Shown here piece after piece: positions 1-9,812 of a stretch of DNA of 32,000 nt (within the stretch, counting starts at the first letter, position 1; every line of letters begins with the position of its first letter). The notes beneath the pieces were generated by a model. It was given only the letters and a program-made list of their open reading frames with translations, was not told the origin of the DNA and ran no database searches. Source of the stretch: Desulfotalea psychrophila LSv54 (lineage in GTDB: Bacteria; Desulfobacterota; Desulfobulbia; Desulfobulbales; Desulfocapsaceae); contig NC_006138.1 in assembly GCF_000025945.1 (NCBI RefSeq), positions 2,820,001-2,852,000 of the forward strand. The letters are read 5' to 3'. The translations under genes were made by a program, and so were the position numbers.

Positions 1-1
1 G

Positions 2-1831
2 GCCTACGCCACCGCCTCCGCCTACGGCATAATTGGTGGGGTGGGAAGCAATGAGGGCAAGATGACCATCACGGCCACAGGCGGCAAGGCCAACGGTCAC
101 AGCTACATCTCCTCCTACGCCTTCGCCTCCGGCATAGAGGGTGATGTGGGAAAAAATAGTGGGGAAATGGAGATCAGGGCTGAGGGCGGCACGGCCACCA
201 CCACCGGCACCGGCACCACCAAGGCCTATGCAAGGGCCATTGGCATAGGCAGCTCTGCTGATCTCTACAATGAGGGGCAGCTAGAGGTGATGGCCCGGGC
301 GGGACGATATTCCACCGATGGCGGAACAACGTATCAGAGTGATTCTGCCAGGGCCGTGGGTATTTCTTTTTCAGGGGAGGCAGAACTTGACTCCCGTGCT
401 CTTATTTCAGTGAGCGCCCTGCCGGCACAGGATGAGGCGGGTAAGGCAATAGCCTTAGGCACTGGCAAGACTCTCCACGCCTATCAAGTCTATAGCGGGG
501 AAGACTTAAGCATAAAGGGCTATGCCATGAAGTTTAATAATCAGGCGCAGGTTACTGCTGATTATAAGGGAACTATTGGCGTTGCCGAGGGCAAAAGAGT
601 CACCTTTGCCCCCGATGCACAAGTCTATGCCTTCACCGATAATGATTTTGGCAAGGTGCCCAATTACAGCATACCTATGTTGGTTGAGGGGGAGACTCGC
701 AGATATAATCAATTCTCCGCGGCCCAGCTTGTCGTCAGTAGCCCGGACTATAGTATATCTTTGCTTGACAGTAATGGCGGAACACTTCAAAGGCTGGCCA
801 TAAAGTATACTCCCGAGGTTTCCACTCCTCTGGTCTCAGCACAGGTCAATCAAAAGATGCTGGCCAGTGGCACCACCATTGTAACGAACAACTCTTTATC
901 GCCTATGCTTGCCATGATGGACAGGAGCAATCCTCAAACTTCGGCCTACGACGGTGTTCTTCTTGCCAGCACATCACCTGTCCTGGCTGTCCCTGATATG
1001 GAGATTTTACCCCAAAAAAGGGGCTGGGCCTTTGCCATGCCCTATTATAGTAATGTGAGTAACAATGCCTCGCCCATGGGCTATGATGCCGATATTTATG
1101 GGGCCACGGCTGGATATAACCACTGGATAGACTCTGATCTCATCCTTGGTTTTCATGCTGGTTATGGTTCCGGTGATATTAATTATACGGGCAAGGGCTA
1201 TGAGCAGAAGAAGGAGAATCTTAAGGCTGGATCCCTCGGGGTGCAAAGCCTGTATCGTTTTGCTGATGACTGGTTGTTACAGAGCATAGCCTCCTTTTAT
1301 TATAGCAGTAACGATTATAGCGATAATAACCCGCTCAACCGGGAGCAGGGCGACTACCATGGCTACGGGGTGAATGCCAATCTTGACCTTGACTATGTCT
1401 TTAGTTTTACCAATAATCGTCTGGTACCCAGTGTAGGCCTGCGCTATCTCTGGCAGCACGTCGATAGCTATACCGCTTATAATCTGGACAACGCCGACAT
1501 TCACTACGGTGATATGGATGAAAATCAGCTCTATGCCAACCTGGGTCTTGATTGGTACGGTGATTACCAAACGGAATCAAATTGGCAGATAGTGCCCAGT
1601 CTCGGCCTGGGCATCGAGCAGGCCCTCACCGATAACAAATTTGGCAACAGCATGGGAGTGGGCAGTATCATCATTCCGGTGACAAACTCAATGGATAAGA
1701 CCTCTGTCTCCGCCCGGGCCTCCATTGAGTTTGTTAAGGATTCCTATGCGCTGAGCGCTGGATATGCTGGAGCCTATTCGAATGACACCAAGAACAGCTC
1801 CTTCTATCTGCAGATGAAGTATTTCTTTTAA
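2..1831 (+). CDS. Autotransporter outer-membrane protein, 5'-truncated by the window edge (repetitive passenger plus C-terminal beta-barrel)
   Basis: The frame is open from nt 2, with no stop before the ORF-track start at 41. The N-terminal part has periodic Gly/Thr/Ala-rich units ending in A-x-A-x-G-I type motifs (SYAFASGIEG, AYARAIGIGS, SARAVGISFSG). The last ~270 aa show an alternating aromatic/polar beta-strand pattern and end in ...SSFYLQMKYFF, a typical barrel terminus with a terminal Phe. Confidence 0.8.
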   Translation, partial: AYATASAYGIIGGVGSNEGKMTITATGGKANGHSYISSYAFASGIEGDVGKNSGEMEIRAEGGTATTTGTGTTKAYARAIGIGSSADLYNEGQLEVMARAGRYSTDGGTTYQSDSARAVGISFSGEAELDSRALISVSALPAQDEAGKAIALGTGKTLHAYQVYSGEDLSIKGYAMKFNNQAQVTADYKGTIGVAEGKRVTFAPDAQVYAFTDNDFGKVPNYSIPMLVEGETRRYNQFSAAQLVVSSPDYSISLLDSNGGTLQRLAIKYTPEVSTPLVSAQVNQKMLASGTTIVTNNSLSPMLAMMDRSNPQTSAYDGVLLASTSPVLAVPDMEILPQKRGWAFAMPYYSNVSNNASPMGYDADIYGATAGYNHWIDSDLILGFHAGYGSGDINYTGKGYEQKKENLKAGSLGVQSLYRFADDWLLQSIASFYYSSNDYSDNNPLNREQGDYHGYGVNANLDLDYVFSFTNNRLVPSVGLRYLWQHVDSYTAYNLDNADIHYGDMDENQLYANLGLDWYGDYQTESNWQIVPSLGLGIEQALTDNKFGNSMGVGSIIIPVTNSMDKTSVSARASIEFVKDSYALSAGYAGAYSNDTKNSSFYLQMKYFF

Positions 1832-1857
1832 AAAGGGCCAGCTTAAGGATTGGTTGC

Positions 1858-1886
1858 TCCGGTGATTATCAGACGAAATCACCGGA
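1858..1886. terminator. Perfect 10-bp stem hairpin between the convergent autotransporter and gpmI genes
   Basis: tccggtgatt (1858-1867), a 9-nt loop, then aatcaccgga (1877-1886). No clear U-run on either side, so it is a hairpin-only terminator candidate. Confidence 0.5.
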
Positions 1887-1893
1887 AGCGCTT

Positions 1894-3519
1894 CTACTTA
1901 AGCTTGAGCAGACTCGGTTCATAGTCTGTAGGTGGATTAAAGCCCAGAAGCAGACAGAGGGTGGCCGCCACATTGGCAAGGCCTCGCTCTGCCAGATCGG
2001 TCAGGACAAAATCGTTTTGGCCACTGAAATCCTTAATAATGCAGGGTACGGGATTAAGGGTATGGGCCACCATGGGCAATCGTTTTCCACCCTTTTCCGT
2101 CCACATGCAATCGGCATTTCCATGATCGGCGCTGATCACGACAATACCACCTGCTTTTTCCACCGCCGGTAACAGACGGGCAAGACAGAGATCCACCGCC
2201 TCAACAGCAATTTCCACGGCCAGGGGAACACCGGTGTGACCCACCATGTCGGCATTAGGATAATTGAGGCGAATAAATTTCCGTTCGCCTGCCTCTATCT
2301 GTTCAATGACCTTATCTGTTATCTCGGCAGCCTTCATCCAAGGACGTTGATCAAAGGTCACCCTATCGGAGAGAACCTCTTCATAAAGCTCCAGCCCCTC
2401 ATCAATATAACCGGATTTATTACCATTCCAAAAATAGGTCATATGGCCGAACTTCTGGGTCTCAGAGATAGCATAGGAGGTCACCCCTGAAGCACAGAGA
2501 TAATCACCCAGAGTGGCATCTATCAGGGGGGGCTCCACCAAATAATTGCGAGGGATATGGGCATCACCATCGTACTCCATTATTCCCGCGTAGAAGACAT
2601 CCGGCCTGCGGACACGATCAAACTCCTGAAAGACCTCTTCATCAAAGGCCCGAGAAATCTCAATGGCCCGATCACCCCGAAAATTAAAGCAGACAACAGC
2701 ATCACCATCTTCAATGGTACCTACAGGGGTCTCCCCTTCTACCACAACAAAGGCTGCCATATACTGATCAGTCATGGTAGAATCTTCTCTATAAAATGTC
2801 TCTACCGCCTCCGAGGCCGACGAGAAAAAACGCCCCTCGCCAAGCACGTGGGCACGCCAGCCACGCTCGACCACGGACCAATCTGCCTTATACCTATCCA
2901 TGGTGGTCACCATTCGACCGCCGCCCGAGGCAATACGGTAATCCCTCCCCGAAACGGAGAGCGCCCGTAGTCTTTCTTCAAGTGGACGAATATAGTCCAG
3001 GGCGCTTTTTTGGGCGACATCACGACCATCAAGGAGGGCATGAACCCGAACCCGCTCTATTCCCGCCTCTGCACAGGCATCCAGTAGTTGAAAGAGTTGG
3101 CTTATATTGCTATGCACATTGCCATCGGAGACAAGACCGATAAAATGAACGGTGCCAGCCGACTCACCACATTCAACGATTTTTTGCCAAGCTGCACCGC
3201 TAAAGACATCCCCCCTGCTCAAGGCCTCATCAATAAGCTTTGCCCCCTGGACAAAAATCCTGCCAGCCCCCAGGGCATTGTGACCTACCTCTGAGTTCCC
3301 CATATCTGCATCGCTAGGCAGACCAACCGCTGTACCATGGGCCTTCAGGCTGGTGAAGAGTTTTTCCTGAAAGAGGCCATCAAGTGTCGGGGTATGAGCC
3401 GCATAAACACCATTCTGCTCTCCATCTTCACCAAGCCCCAAACCGTCCATAACAACCATGACGATAGGACCTGAAATTACTTTATAATTTTCAAGAGGGC
3501 TCAACTGTGTTACTGTCAT
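1894..3519 (-). CDS. gpmI: 2,3-bisphosphoglycerate-independent phosphoglycerate mutase
   Basis: 541-aa ORF with the iPGM hallmarks MVVMDGLGLG, GNSEVGHNALGAGR, LVSDGNVHS and ISADHGNA. Full-length colinearity with the alkaline-phosphatase-superfamily iPGM. Confidence 0.93.
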   Translation of the reverse strand: MTVTQLSPLENYKVISGPIVMVVMDGLGLGEDGEQNGVYAAHTPTLDGLFQEKLFTSLKAHGTAVGLPSDADMGNSEVGHNALGAGRIFVQGAKLIDEALSRGDVFSGAAWQKIVECGESAGTVHFIGLVSDGNVHSNISQLFQLLDACAEAGIERVRVHALLDGRDVAQKSALDYIRPLEERLRALSVSGRDYRIASGGGRMVTTMDRYKADWSVVERGWRAHVLGEGRFFSSASEAVETFYREDSTMTDQYMAAFVVVEGETPVGTIEDGDAVVCFNFRGDRAIEISRAFDEEVFQEFDRVRRPDVFYAGIMEYDGDAHIPRNYLVEPPLIDATLGDYLCASGVTSYAISETQKFGHMTYFWNGNKSGYIDEGLELYEEVLSDRVTFDQRPWMKAAEITDKVIEQIEAGERKFIRLNYPNADMVGHTGVPLAVEIAVEAVDLCLARLLPAVEKAGGIVVISADHGNADCMWTEKGGKRLPMVAHTLNPVPCIIKDFSGQNDFVLTDLAERGLANVAATLCLLLGFNPPTDYEPSLLKLK

Positions 3520-3806
3520 TTATGGTTTCCTTTTGGTCGCTAAAGTTTTAAGCTATCATTATTTCTGATGGCAACGTGGATATTATTTTGATTTTAACCT
3601 GATATTAGTTTATACAAATAAATTCTACAGGCAAATAGAAAGGCTACCCGTTTACGCCTAGCTTAATGCGAAATCACTCAATATAAAATAATAATTTTAC
3701 AGCAACCAAGATAAGAGATTCGTCACAAGCCCCTATTAAAGATAAATTTGTTAGAAGCACACAGGAATGGCCCCCTGTTTCCCCAGGCAATAGGATAAAG
3801 TTTAAG

Positions 3807-4400
3807 ATGAAGCGATCCACCATCCCAAATATATTATTCCTGCTACCGGCGGATCAGCTCAGCCGCTACACAAGCCTGCTGCAGTCAGGAGCAATCGTCA
3901 CAACAAATACGGGAATAGGCCTCCAGGATTTTCTCTCTGCCCTGCCCGGCTTCAGCCACAAAGACAACGAAAAAATAGACACCATCTTCCTTGATGGAGT
4001 GCCCGTTGATGATCTTGGAAAAAAATTTAACAGACCAGCACACACCCTTGCCCTTTCAGCAGTCATGCCCGGTCTTGCCGCCGCCATCTTTCGTCGTAAC
4101 AGCATCCATTCTGCCCTGCGAAGCAGGATAGAGACAAGGGGAACGGAGGCGGCAGAGGGCATGAAGTGCACGGTGCGTCTGAAGCTCTTTAACACTATTG
4201 CCCGGGACTATGGTATCCTCCTCTTTAAGCAGGGCGTCTGCATGAACTCGGAGCCACTGCTCAAGACATTTTCCAGGCGTAAGATCCTGCTGGATAGAAT
4301 AGAAGAGATTCAGTACGAGAACAGAGTTATAGATGCCACAGAGCTCATTGCCCTGCTTGGTAAAAATCCTCAAATCTTCCTCCGTATACAAGGCATATGA
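3807..4400 (+). CDS. Hypothetical 197-aa protein, first gene of the MoeA/AOR operon
   Basis: Long ORF with an ATG start. Its stop overlaps the moeA start by 4 nt (ATGA), implying translational coupling. I recognise no family motif. Confidence 0.6.
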   Translation: MKRSTIPNILFLLPADQLSRYTSLLQSGAIVTTNTGIGLQDFLSALPGFSHKDNEKIDTIFLDGVPVDDLGKKFNRPAHTLALSAVMPGLAAAIFRRNSIHSALRSRIETRGTEAAEGMKCTVRLKLFNTIARDYGILLFKQGVCMNSEPLLKTFSRRKILLDRIEEIQYENRVIDATELIALLGKNPQIFLRIQGI

Positions 4401-5662
4401 TAGCTGAAACAAAGGACATGCTTGGCCGCAACAGGCTGACAGCTGTGGATCAGGCCCTACAAATATTTTTACAGCAACTTCCAACAGGAGTAATCGACAC
4501 CGAAACTATTACCCTTGAGGAGGCCCTTGACCGGGTAGTTGCCGGGGATATTATCGCCCGGGAAAACCTGCCTGCCATGTCCCGCTCCTGTATGGATGGT
4601 TATGCCCTCTCGGCCAGGGACAGCTACGGTGCCAGCGAATCAATGCCAGCCTATCTTGAAATTCAGGGCGAGGTCCTGATGGGAGAGGTGCCAAATGGCA
4701 GGGTTAAACAGGGCTGTTGCTATAAAATTCCGACGGGAGGCATTCTGCCTACGGGTAGCAACAGCGTGGTTATGTTCGAACACACCATCCCCGTCGACGA
4801 GACCTTGGTTGAAATTGTCAAGGGCGTAGGCGAAGGTGGCAACATTTCCCGCCCCGGTGAAGACATCGCTGCAGGAGCATGCGCCATAACAGCCGGCACC
4901 CGCCTCCGCCCCCAAGATCTTGGCCTGCTGGCAGGACTCGGTTTTGCCGAGGTGGAGGTCTATCGCCGACCACGCATAGCCATTCTCTCCACAGGAGACG
5001 AAATTATCAGCCATGAGCAACCCCTGCTCCCCGGCAAGATACGCAATATAAACTCCATTGCTCTGGCCGCGCAGGTACGCCGTCTCCATGCCACGGTTCA
5101 GCACTACGGGATTATTCCTGATAACTACGACCTCTTCCTCGCTACCATGAGAGAGGCTGTGCAGGAAAATGATATTGTCCTCTTCTCCGGCGGCAGCTCC
5201 GTTGGAGTGCGCGATCTCGGTGAAAAAATCATAGAGACCCTGGGACCTCCGGGCATCCTTATCCATGGAACGGCCCTAAAACCGGGCAAGCCCATCATCC
5301 TCGGCATGAGCGAAACAACAGCAGTTGTTGGTCTCCCCGGACATCCTGTCTCCGCCATGACCTGTTTTGATCTCTTTATTGCCCCAGCCATAAAGCAGCT
5401 CGCAGGCCAGCGCCGACAGAGAGGGCAGCAAGAGGCATCGGTTCCAGCTATTCTAACCAGAAACATAAACTCTGCCCCAGGCCGCCGGGATGTTGTCCGG
5501 GTTCAACTGGAGCAGAAAGGGGATGAGGTCTACGCCTCACCCGTGCTGGGCAAGTCAGGTTCCATCTCTGTCCTGGCAAGGGCCGATGGATATTTTTTTA
5601 TTGACGAGGCAAGCCAAGGTCATTCTGAAGGCGATAGAATTAAGGCATTTCTCTACCTCTAA
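4397..5662 (+). CDS. moeA: Molybdopterin molybdo/tungsto-transferase MoeA
   Basis: 421 aa with MoeA signatures: SRSCMDGYAL, IPTGGILPTG, a MoCF-biosynthesis domain (ILSTGDEI ... FSGGSSVG) and a GLPGHPVSA C-terminal segment. Confidence 0.88.
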   Translation: MIAETKDMLGRNRLTAVDQALQIFLQQLPTGVIDTETITLEEALDRVVAGDIIARENLPAMSRSCMDGYALSARDSYGASESMPAYLEIQGEVLMGEVPNGRVKQGCCYKIPTGGILPTGSNSVVMFEHTIPVDETLVEIVKGVGEGGNISRPGEDIAAGACAITAGTRLRPQDLGLLAGLGFAEVEVYRRPRIAILSTGDEIISHEQPLLPGKIRNINSIALAAQVRRLHATVQHYGIIPDNYDLFLATMREAVQENDIVLFSGGSSVGVRDLGEKIIETLGPPGILIHGTALKPGKPIILGMSETTAVVGLPGHPVSAMTCFDLFIAPAIKQLAGQRRQRGQQEASVPAILTRNINSAPGRRDVVRVQLEQKGDEVYASPVLGKSGSISVLARADGYFFIDEASQGHSEGDRIKAFLYL

Positions 5663-5692
5663 TAGCATCTTATAGAAGATAAGGCATAACCA

Positions 5693-7627
5693 ATGGCTAC
5701 AGCAAAACGAAAAAACGTTTACCTCGAAAACAAGCCACTTGCAGAGGCAAAAGAACTCTGGAGCAGGGCACTCACAGAGTGTGGCTTCAGTGGCAGGATT
5801 CACAGTGAAATTATTGCAGTCGACGATGCCCGGGGCCGGATCAGCGCGGGAGCTGTTTTCGCCCGCAGATCATCGCCCTCCTATAACGCCGCAGCCATGG
5901 ACGGTATTGCCGTTCATTTTACCGACCTCTCCCAAGCAAGCGAAGCCGCTCCGACCACTCTGAGCCCGGAACAGTTTTCCCCGGTAAATACAGGCAATGC
6001 CATCAAAGAGAGCTACAACGCCGTGGTCATGATCGAGGATGTTCACCTCCGGACTGATGGCCAGGCAGAGGTAACTGCCCCTGCCACCCCTTGGCAACAT
6101 ATCCGCACTATTGGCGAAGACATTGTGGCAACGGAGCTGATCATACCGGAAGGTCAAGTCATCCGCCCCATTGACCTGGGGGCAATGTTGGCGGCAGGCG
6201 TCACAGAGATCGAGGTAATCCGCCCACCGCAAATAAAGATCATCCCCACGGGGACAGAACTCATTCAGCCCCATGAGAATCCACAAGCAGGTCAGATAAT
6301 AGAGTTTAACACAAGAATACTCGGCGGCTACCTAGAGGAGTGGGGGGCGACAGTTCAGCGCAACCTGCCCGTCCAAGACGATCCGAAAAAGCTGAGAGAG
6401 GCCCTATTGGCAGCTATTGCCGAACACGATATGGTCATCATCAACGCCGGAGCCTCGGCGGGGACCAAGGATTTCACCTCCTCGGTAATCGCAGAGTTGG
6501 GCACCTTAATTGTCCATGGAGTAGCCATAAAACCGGGTAAACCGGTTATGTTGGGCATCATCAAGGGAACACCGGTCGTTGGTCTCCCCGGCTACCCTAT
6601 CTCGGCCCTGCTTACCATGCGGGTCTTTGTCAGAGAGATGGTCGCAGCCTTCCTCAACCAGGCGACACCACAGCCTGACTATATTTATGCCACCATGTCC
6701 CGCCCCGTCCACTCCACCATGGGCGTTGATCAAATTGTCCGCATTACCTTGGGACGAGTGGGCGATAAGCTCATGGCAACACCCTCGGGCAAGGGGGCAG
6801 GGGCAGTTATGTCCTTTGCCAGGGCCGATGGCCTCCTCTCCCTGCCAACCGGCAGTGAGGGCGTCGGGGCAGGCGAACCGGTTCCCATTGAACTTTTACG
6901 ACCACAGACAGAGGTGGACTCAACCCTGGTCTGCATTGGCAGTCATGACAACATCCTTGACCTAATGGCCAACCAGATCCACGCCACTGGTAATACAACC
7001 CGGATATCCTCGGCCCACGTGGGTTCCATGGGCGGAATAATGGCCATTCGCAGAGGAGAGTCCCACTTTGGTGGTTGCCACCTGCTTGATGAAGAGACAG
7101 GAGAGTACAACATTCCCTTTATTAAAAGATTCCTAAGAGATATCCCTCTAGAACTGATCAACCTCTGCTACCGACAGCAAGGACTGATGGTGGCCAAGGG
7201 AAATCCATATGGCATTACCTCTTTTCAGGATCTGGTGGATAAAAACCTCCTCTTTATTAATCGCCAAAATGGGGCAGGCACCCGACTCCTTACCGACAAG
7301 ATCCTCCGGGAACAAAACATTTCCCCAGAAGATCTGAGTGGCTACGAACGCGAGGAGTACACCCATATGAGTGTAGCTGCAGCCGTAGCCAACGGCAGTG
7401 TCCAGGCAGGCATGGGCATCCGGGCAGCAGCCGAAGCCTTAGAATTAGATTTTATCTCCGTTGCCGAGGAGAGGTACGACCTCATCCTGCCAACGGCCTT
7501 TGCAAACGATCCTAAGATAATAACTTTGCTAGAAATGATTCGTGGCAGCGAGAAGTTTCATCATAGCATACTAGCCCTTGGGGGCTACAACCTGCGTGAC
7601 TGCGGGCGAGTTTTTTATCGCCAATAG
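5693..7627 (+). CDS. MoeA paralog fused to a C-terminal periplasmic-binding-protein-like (oxyanion-binding type) domain
   Basis: Residues 1 to ~400 carry MoeA motifs (AAAMDGIAV, VNTGNAI, IIPTGTEL, INAGASAGTKD, GLPGYPISA). The C-terminal ~230 aa (LVCIGSHDNILDL...NRQNGAGTRLL...) resemble the PBP-like domain known from MoeA-PBP fusions. Confidence 0.85.
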   Translation: MATAKRKNVYLENKPLAEAKELWSRALTECGFSGRIHSEIIAVDDARGRISAGAVFARRSSPSYNAAAMDGIAVHFTDLSQASEAAPTTLSPEQFSPVNTGNAIKESYNAVVMIEDVHLRTDGQAEVTAPATPWQHIRTIGEDIVATELIIPEGQVIRPIDLGAMLAAGVTEIEVIRPPQIKIIPTGTELIQPHENPQAGQIIEFNTRILGGYLEEWGATVQRNLPVQDDPKKLREALLAAIAEHDMVIINAGASAGTKDFTSSVIAELGTLIVHGVAIKPGKPVMLGIIKGTPVVGLPGYPISALLTMRVFVREMVAAFLNQATPQPDYIYATMSRPVHSTMGVDQIVRITLGRVGDKLMATPSGKGAGAVMSFARADGLLSLPTGSEGVGAGEPVPIELLRPQTEVDSTLVCIGSHDNILDLMANQIHATGNTTRISSAHVGSMGGIMAIRRGESHFGGCHLLDEETGEYNIPFIKRFLRDIPLELINLCYRQQGLMVAKGNPYGITSFQDLVDKNLLFINRQNGAGTRLLTDKILREQNISPEDLSGYEREEYTHMSVAAAVANGSVQAGMGIRAAAEALELDFISVAEERYDLILPTAFANDPKIITLLEMIRGSEKFHHSILALGGYNLRDCGRVFYRQ

Positions 7628-7707
7628 AGCAGTCGCGTCCACTCTGTACGCAGGCCAGCCCAACACTGGCAGGGTTCAGTTTTAACAAATACTTATGAGG
7701 AAATAAC

Positions 7708-9435
7708 ATGGCAGACAAAATTTTTCGCGTCAATATGGCCGATCTCAGCACCAAGATTGAAGATGTTCCCGAGGCCTGGATGGGACATGGTGGTCGTGGC
7801 CTTACTTCAACAATTGTGGCAGCCGAGGTAGTACCAACCTGTCACCCTCTGGGAGAGGACAATAAGATCGTTATTGCTCCGGGTCTTCTTTCCGGTACCA
7901 CCGCCTCTAACTCAGGACGTATCTCCGTTGGCGCCAAAAGTCCCCTGACTGGCACCATCAAAGAGTCCAATTCGGGTGGAACCGCTGCTCAGTTCCTGGC
8001 TCGTTGTGGTTGTAAGGCGATCATCATCGAAGGCCTGCCAAAGGGCGACGCCTGGTATAATCTTGCCGTAAGCCCTGAGGGTATTACCATCGCTGAAGAG
8101 AGCGAAGTTCTCGGCATGGGCAATATGGCAGCAATCAAAATCATCAAGGCACGTACCGATGATAAAATTGCTCTGATGCTCACCGGTCCTGCAGGCGAGA
8201 TGAAGATGTCCGCTGCCAATATTTCAATAACCGATCCCAGCAATGACATTCGCTCCTGTGGCCGTGGTGGCCTGGGTGCCGTTATGGGCTCCAAAAAAAT
8301 CAAGTTTATCACCATTAAGCCAGGTAAGAACAAGGTAGAAATCGCCAATCCTGAGGCATTTAATGCGGCAAACAGAGTTTTCACCAAGGCCCTCTCCAGC
8401 CACCCTGTAAGCCAGGCCCTTGGCCAATACGGTACCAACGTACTGGTGAACCTGATCAACGAATCCGGCGGTATGCCCACCAAGAACTTCACCGCGGGCC
8501 AGTACGCAGATCACGAGGCAATTTCCGGTGAGACCATGCACGACACCATCGTTGAACGTGGTGGTAAGCCAAAACATAACTGTCATCCAGGTTGTGTTAT
8601 TAACTGTTCTCAGCTCTACAACGATGCCGAGGGTAATAAACTTACCACCGGTTTTGAGTATGAAACCATCTGGGCCCTGGGCGCAGACTGTTCCATCAAC
8701 AACCTTGATGTTATCGCCAAGGCTGATCAAATCATGGATGATATCGGGGTGGACAGTATCGAGGTACCGGTAGCTATCGCCGTTGCCATGGAAGCTGGTG
8801 TCCTTGAATTTGGTGATGCGGCTGAAGTTTTACGCATCCTCACCGAAGAAGTTGCTAAGGGAACTCCTCTTGGCCGCATCATCGGTAATGGTGCCGGTTC
8901 TGTAGGTAAGGCCTATGGTGTTACCCGTGTGCCTGTTGTGAAAAACCAGGCCATTCCTGCCTACGATCCCCGTGCCATTAAGGGTATTGGTATCACCTAT
9001 GCGACCTCTACCCAGGGCGCAGATCACACCATGGGCTACACCATCGCCACCAATATCCTCGGGGTAGGTGGCTCATGTGATCCTCTCTCCAAAGAGGGTC
9101 AAATTGAACTCTCTCGCAACCTGCAGACGGCAACGGCCGCCATCGATTCCACCGGAATGTGTCTCTTTATCGCCTTTGCAGCCCTTGACGATGCAACCTG
9201 CCTTCCTGCCCTGATCGATCTCCTCAATGCCCGTTTTGGTATTTCTCTGGACGGCAATGATGTGGTTAACCTGGGACAGCATATCCTCAAAACCGAGAGG
9301 GCCTTCAACCAGGCCGCAGGTTTTACCAACAAGGACGACAGGCTTCCTGAGTTCTTTTACAAGGAGGCCCTGCCACCTCACAATGTAGTCTTTGATTTCA
9401 CCGGTGAAGAGATTGACTCTTTCTGGGACTTCTAG
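7708..9435 (+). CDS. aor: Tungsten-type aldehyde:ferredoxin oxidoreductase family protein
   Basis: 575 aa. The N-terminal AOR domain starts FRVNMADLS...GGRGLTS. There is a Cys cluster CHPGCVINC, a pterin-contact STQGADHT and a D-x-x-G-x-C motif (IDSTGMCLF). Good RBS (GAGGAAA) 6 nt upstream of the ATG. Confidence 0.9.
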   Translation: MADKIFRVNMADLSTKIEDVPEAWMGHGGRGLTSTIVAAEVVPTCHPLGEDNKIVIAPGLLSGTTASNSGRISVGAKSPLTGTIKESNSGGTAAQFLARCGCKAIIIEGLPKGDAWYNLAVSPEGITIAEESEVLGMGNMAAIKIIKARTDDKIALMLTGPAGEMKMSAANISITDPSNDIRSCGRGGLGAVMGSKKIKFITIKPGKNKVEIANPEAFNAANRVFTKALSSHPVSQALGQYGTNVLVNLINESGGMPTKNFTAGQYADHEAISGETMHDTIVERGGKPKHNCHPGCVINCSQLYNDAEGNKLTTGFEYETIWALGADCSINNLDVIAKADQIMDDIGVDSIEVPVAIAVAMEAGVLEFGDAAEVLRILTEEVAKGTPLGRIIGNGAGSVGKAYGVTRVPVVKNQAIPAYDPRAIKGIGITYATSTQGADHTMGYTIATNILGVGGSCDPLSKEGQIELSRNLQTATAAIDSTGMCLFIAFAALDDATCLPALIDLLNARFGISLDGNDVVNLGQHILKTERAFNQAAGFTNKDDRLPEFFYKEALPPHNVVFDFTGEEIDSFWDF

Positions 9436-9437
9436 AG

Positions 9438-9668
9438 ATGAACATTACATTTACAGTAAAACTTTTTGCCTATTTTAGAGACAATCGCTTTTTAAAAAGA
9501 GAGTGTGAATATCCAGAAGGCATCTCTGTAGGTGATATTGTAGCAGGCCTTGATATCGACTTCGATGAGGTGGGTGTCCTTATGATAAATTCGCGTCACT
9601 GTGAATTTACAAGTCAACCTAAGGCGGGTGACAACCTAGCCATCTTCCCCAAGGTTGGTGGCGGTTGA
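9438..9668 (+). CDS. MoaD/ThiS-family ubiquitin-like sulfur carrier
   Basis: 76 aa ending in ...FPKVGGG (the C-terminal Gly-Gly of beta-grasp sulfur carriers). It starts 2 nt after the aor stop. Confidence 0.8.
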   Translation: MNITFTVKLFAYFRDNRFLKRECEYPEGISVGDIVAGLDIDFDEVGVLMINSRHCEFTSQPKAGDNLAIFPKVGGG

Positions 9669-9705
9669 GCACGACCTAGGCACCCGGATCCTACCAGACA
9701 GGCCT

Positions 9706-9750
9706 AACCCCCTTGGCAAAGCATCGCCCAGGGGGTTTTCTTGTTATTTT
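9706..9750 (+). terminator. Rho-independent terminator of the AOR operon
   Basis: aacccccttgg ... cccagggggtt stem with one mismatch, followed by ttttcttgttatttt. Confidence 0.6.
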
Positions 9751-9812
9751 AAGAAAAACACATTATATTTTCCCCTACGGACTTTAATATCAACCTCTAG
9801 CAGCTATTGCCC

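Noticed and set aside
3768-3782. Sigma-54-like element TGGCCCCCTGTTTCC
   Set aside because: The spacing fits GG-N10, but the invariant -12 GC reads CC. No enhancer-binding protein gene lies nearby. The match is too weak.
3520-3806. Moco/Tuco riboswitch upstream of the MoeA/AOR operon
   Set aside because: This is a 287-bp AT-rich spacer. I found no CCUCCGAG-like conserved block and no convincing multi-stem architecture, only a short hairpin (aggc...gcct).
7650-7668. Short inverted repeat gccag-N7-ctggc between the MoeA-PBP gene and aor, and a TGGCAGGG...TT sigma-54 look-alike next to it
   Set aside because: It has a 5-bp stem and no U-run. The sigma-54 spacing and -12 element do not fit. There is insufficient support for a terminator or promoter call.
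7989-8730. Large antisense ORFs inside aor (167 aa and 168 aa). Similar cases occur inside thiC (27660-28454), pruA (20951-21640), the binding-protein gene (19310-19879), moeA (4640-5266) and the epimerase gene (30329-30796).
   Set aside because: Each lies fully within a strongly supported gene on the other strand. Their odd composition (Pro/Arg/Ser- or Ile/Leu-rich) is typical of shadow frames.
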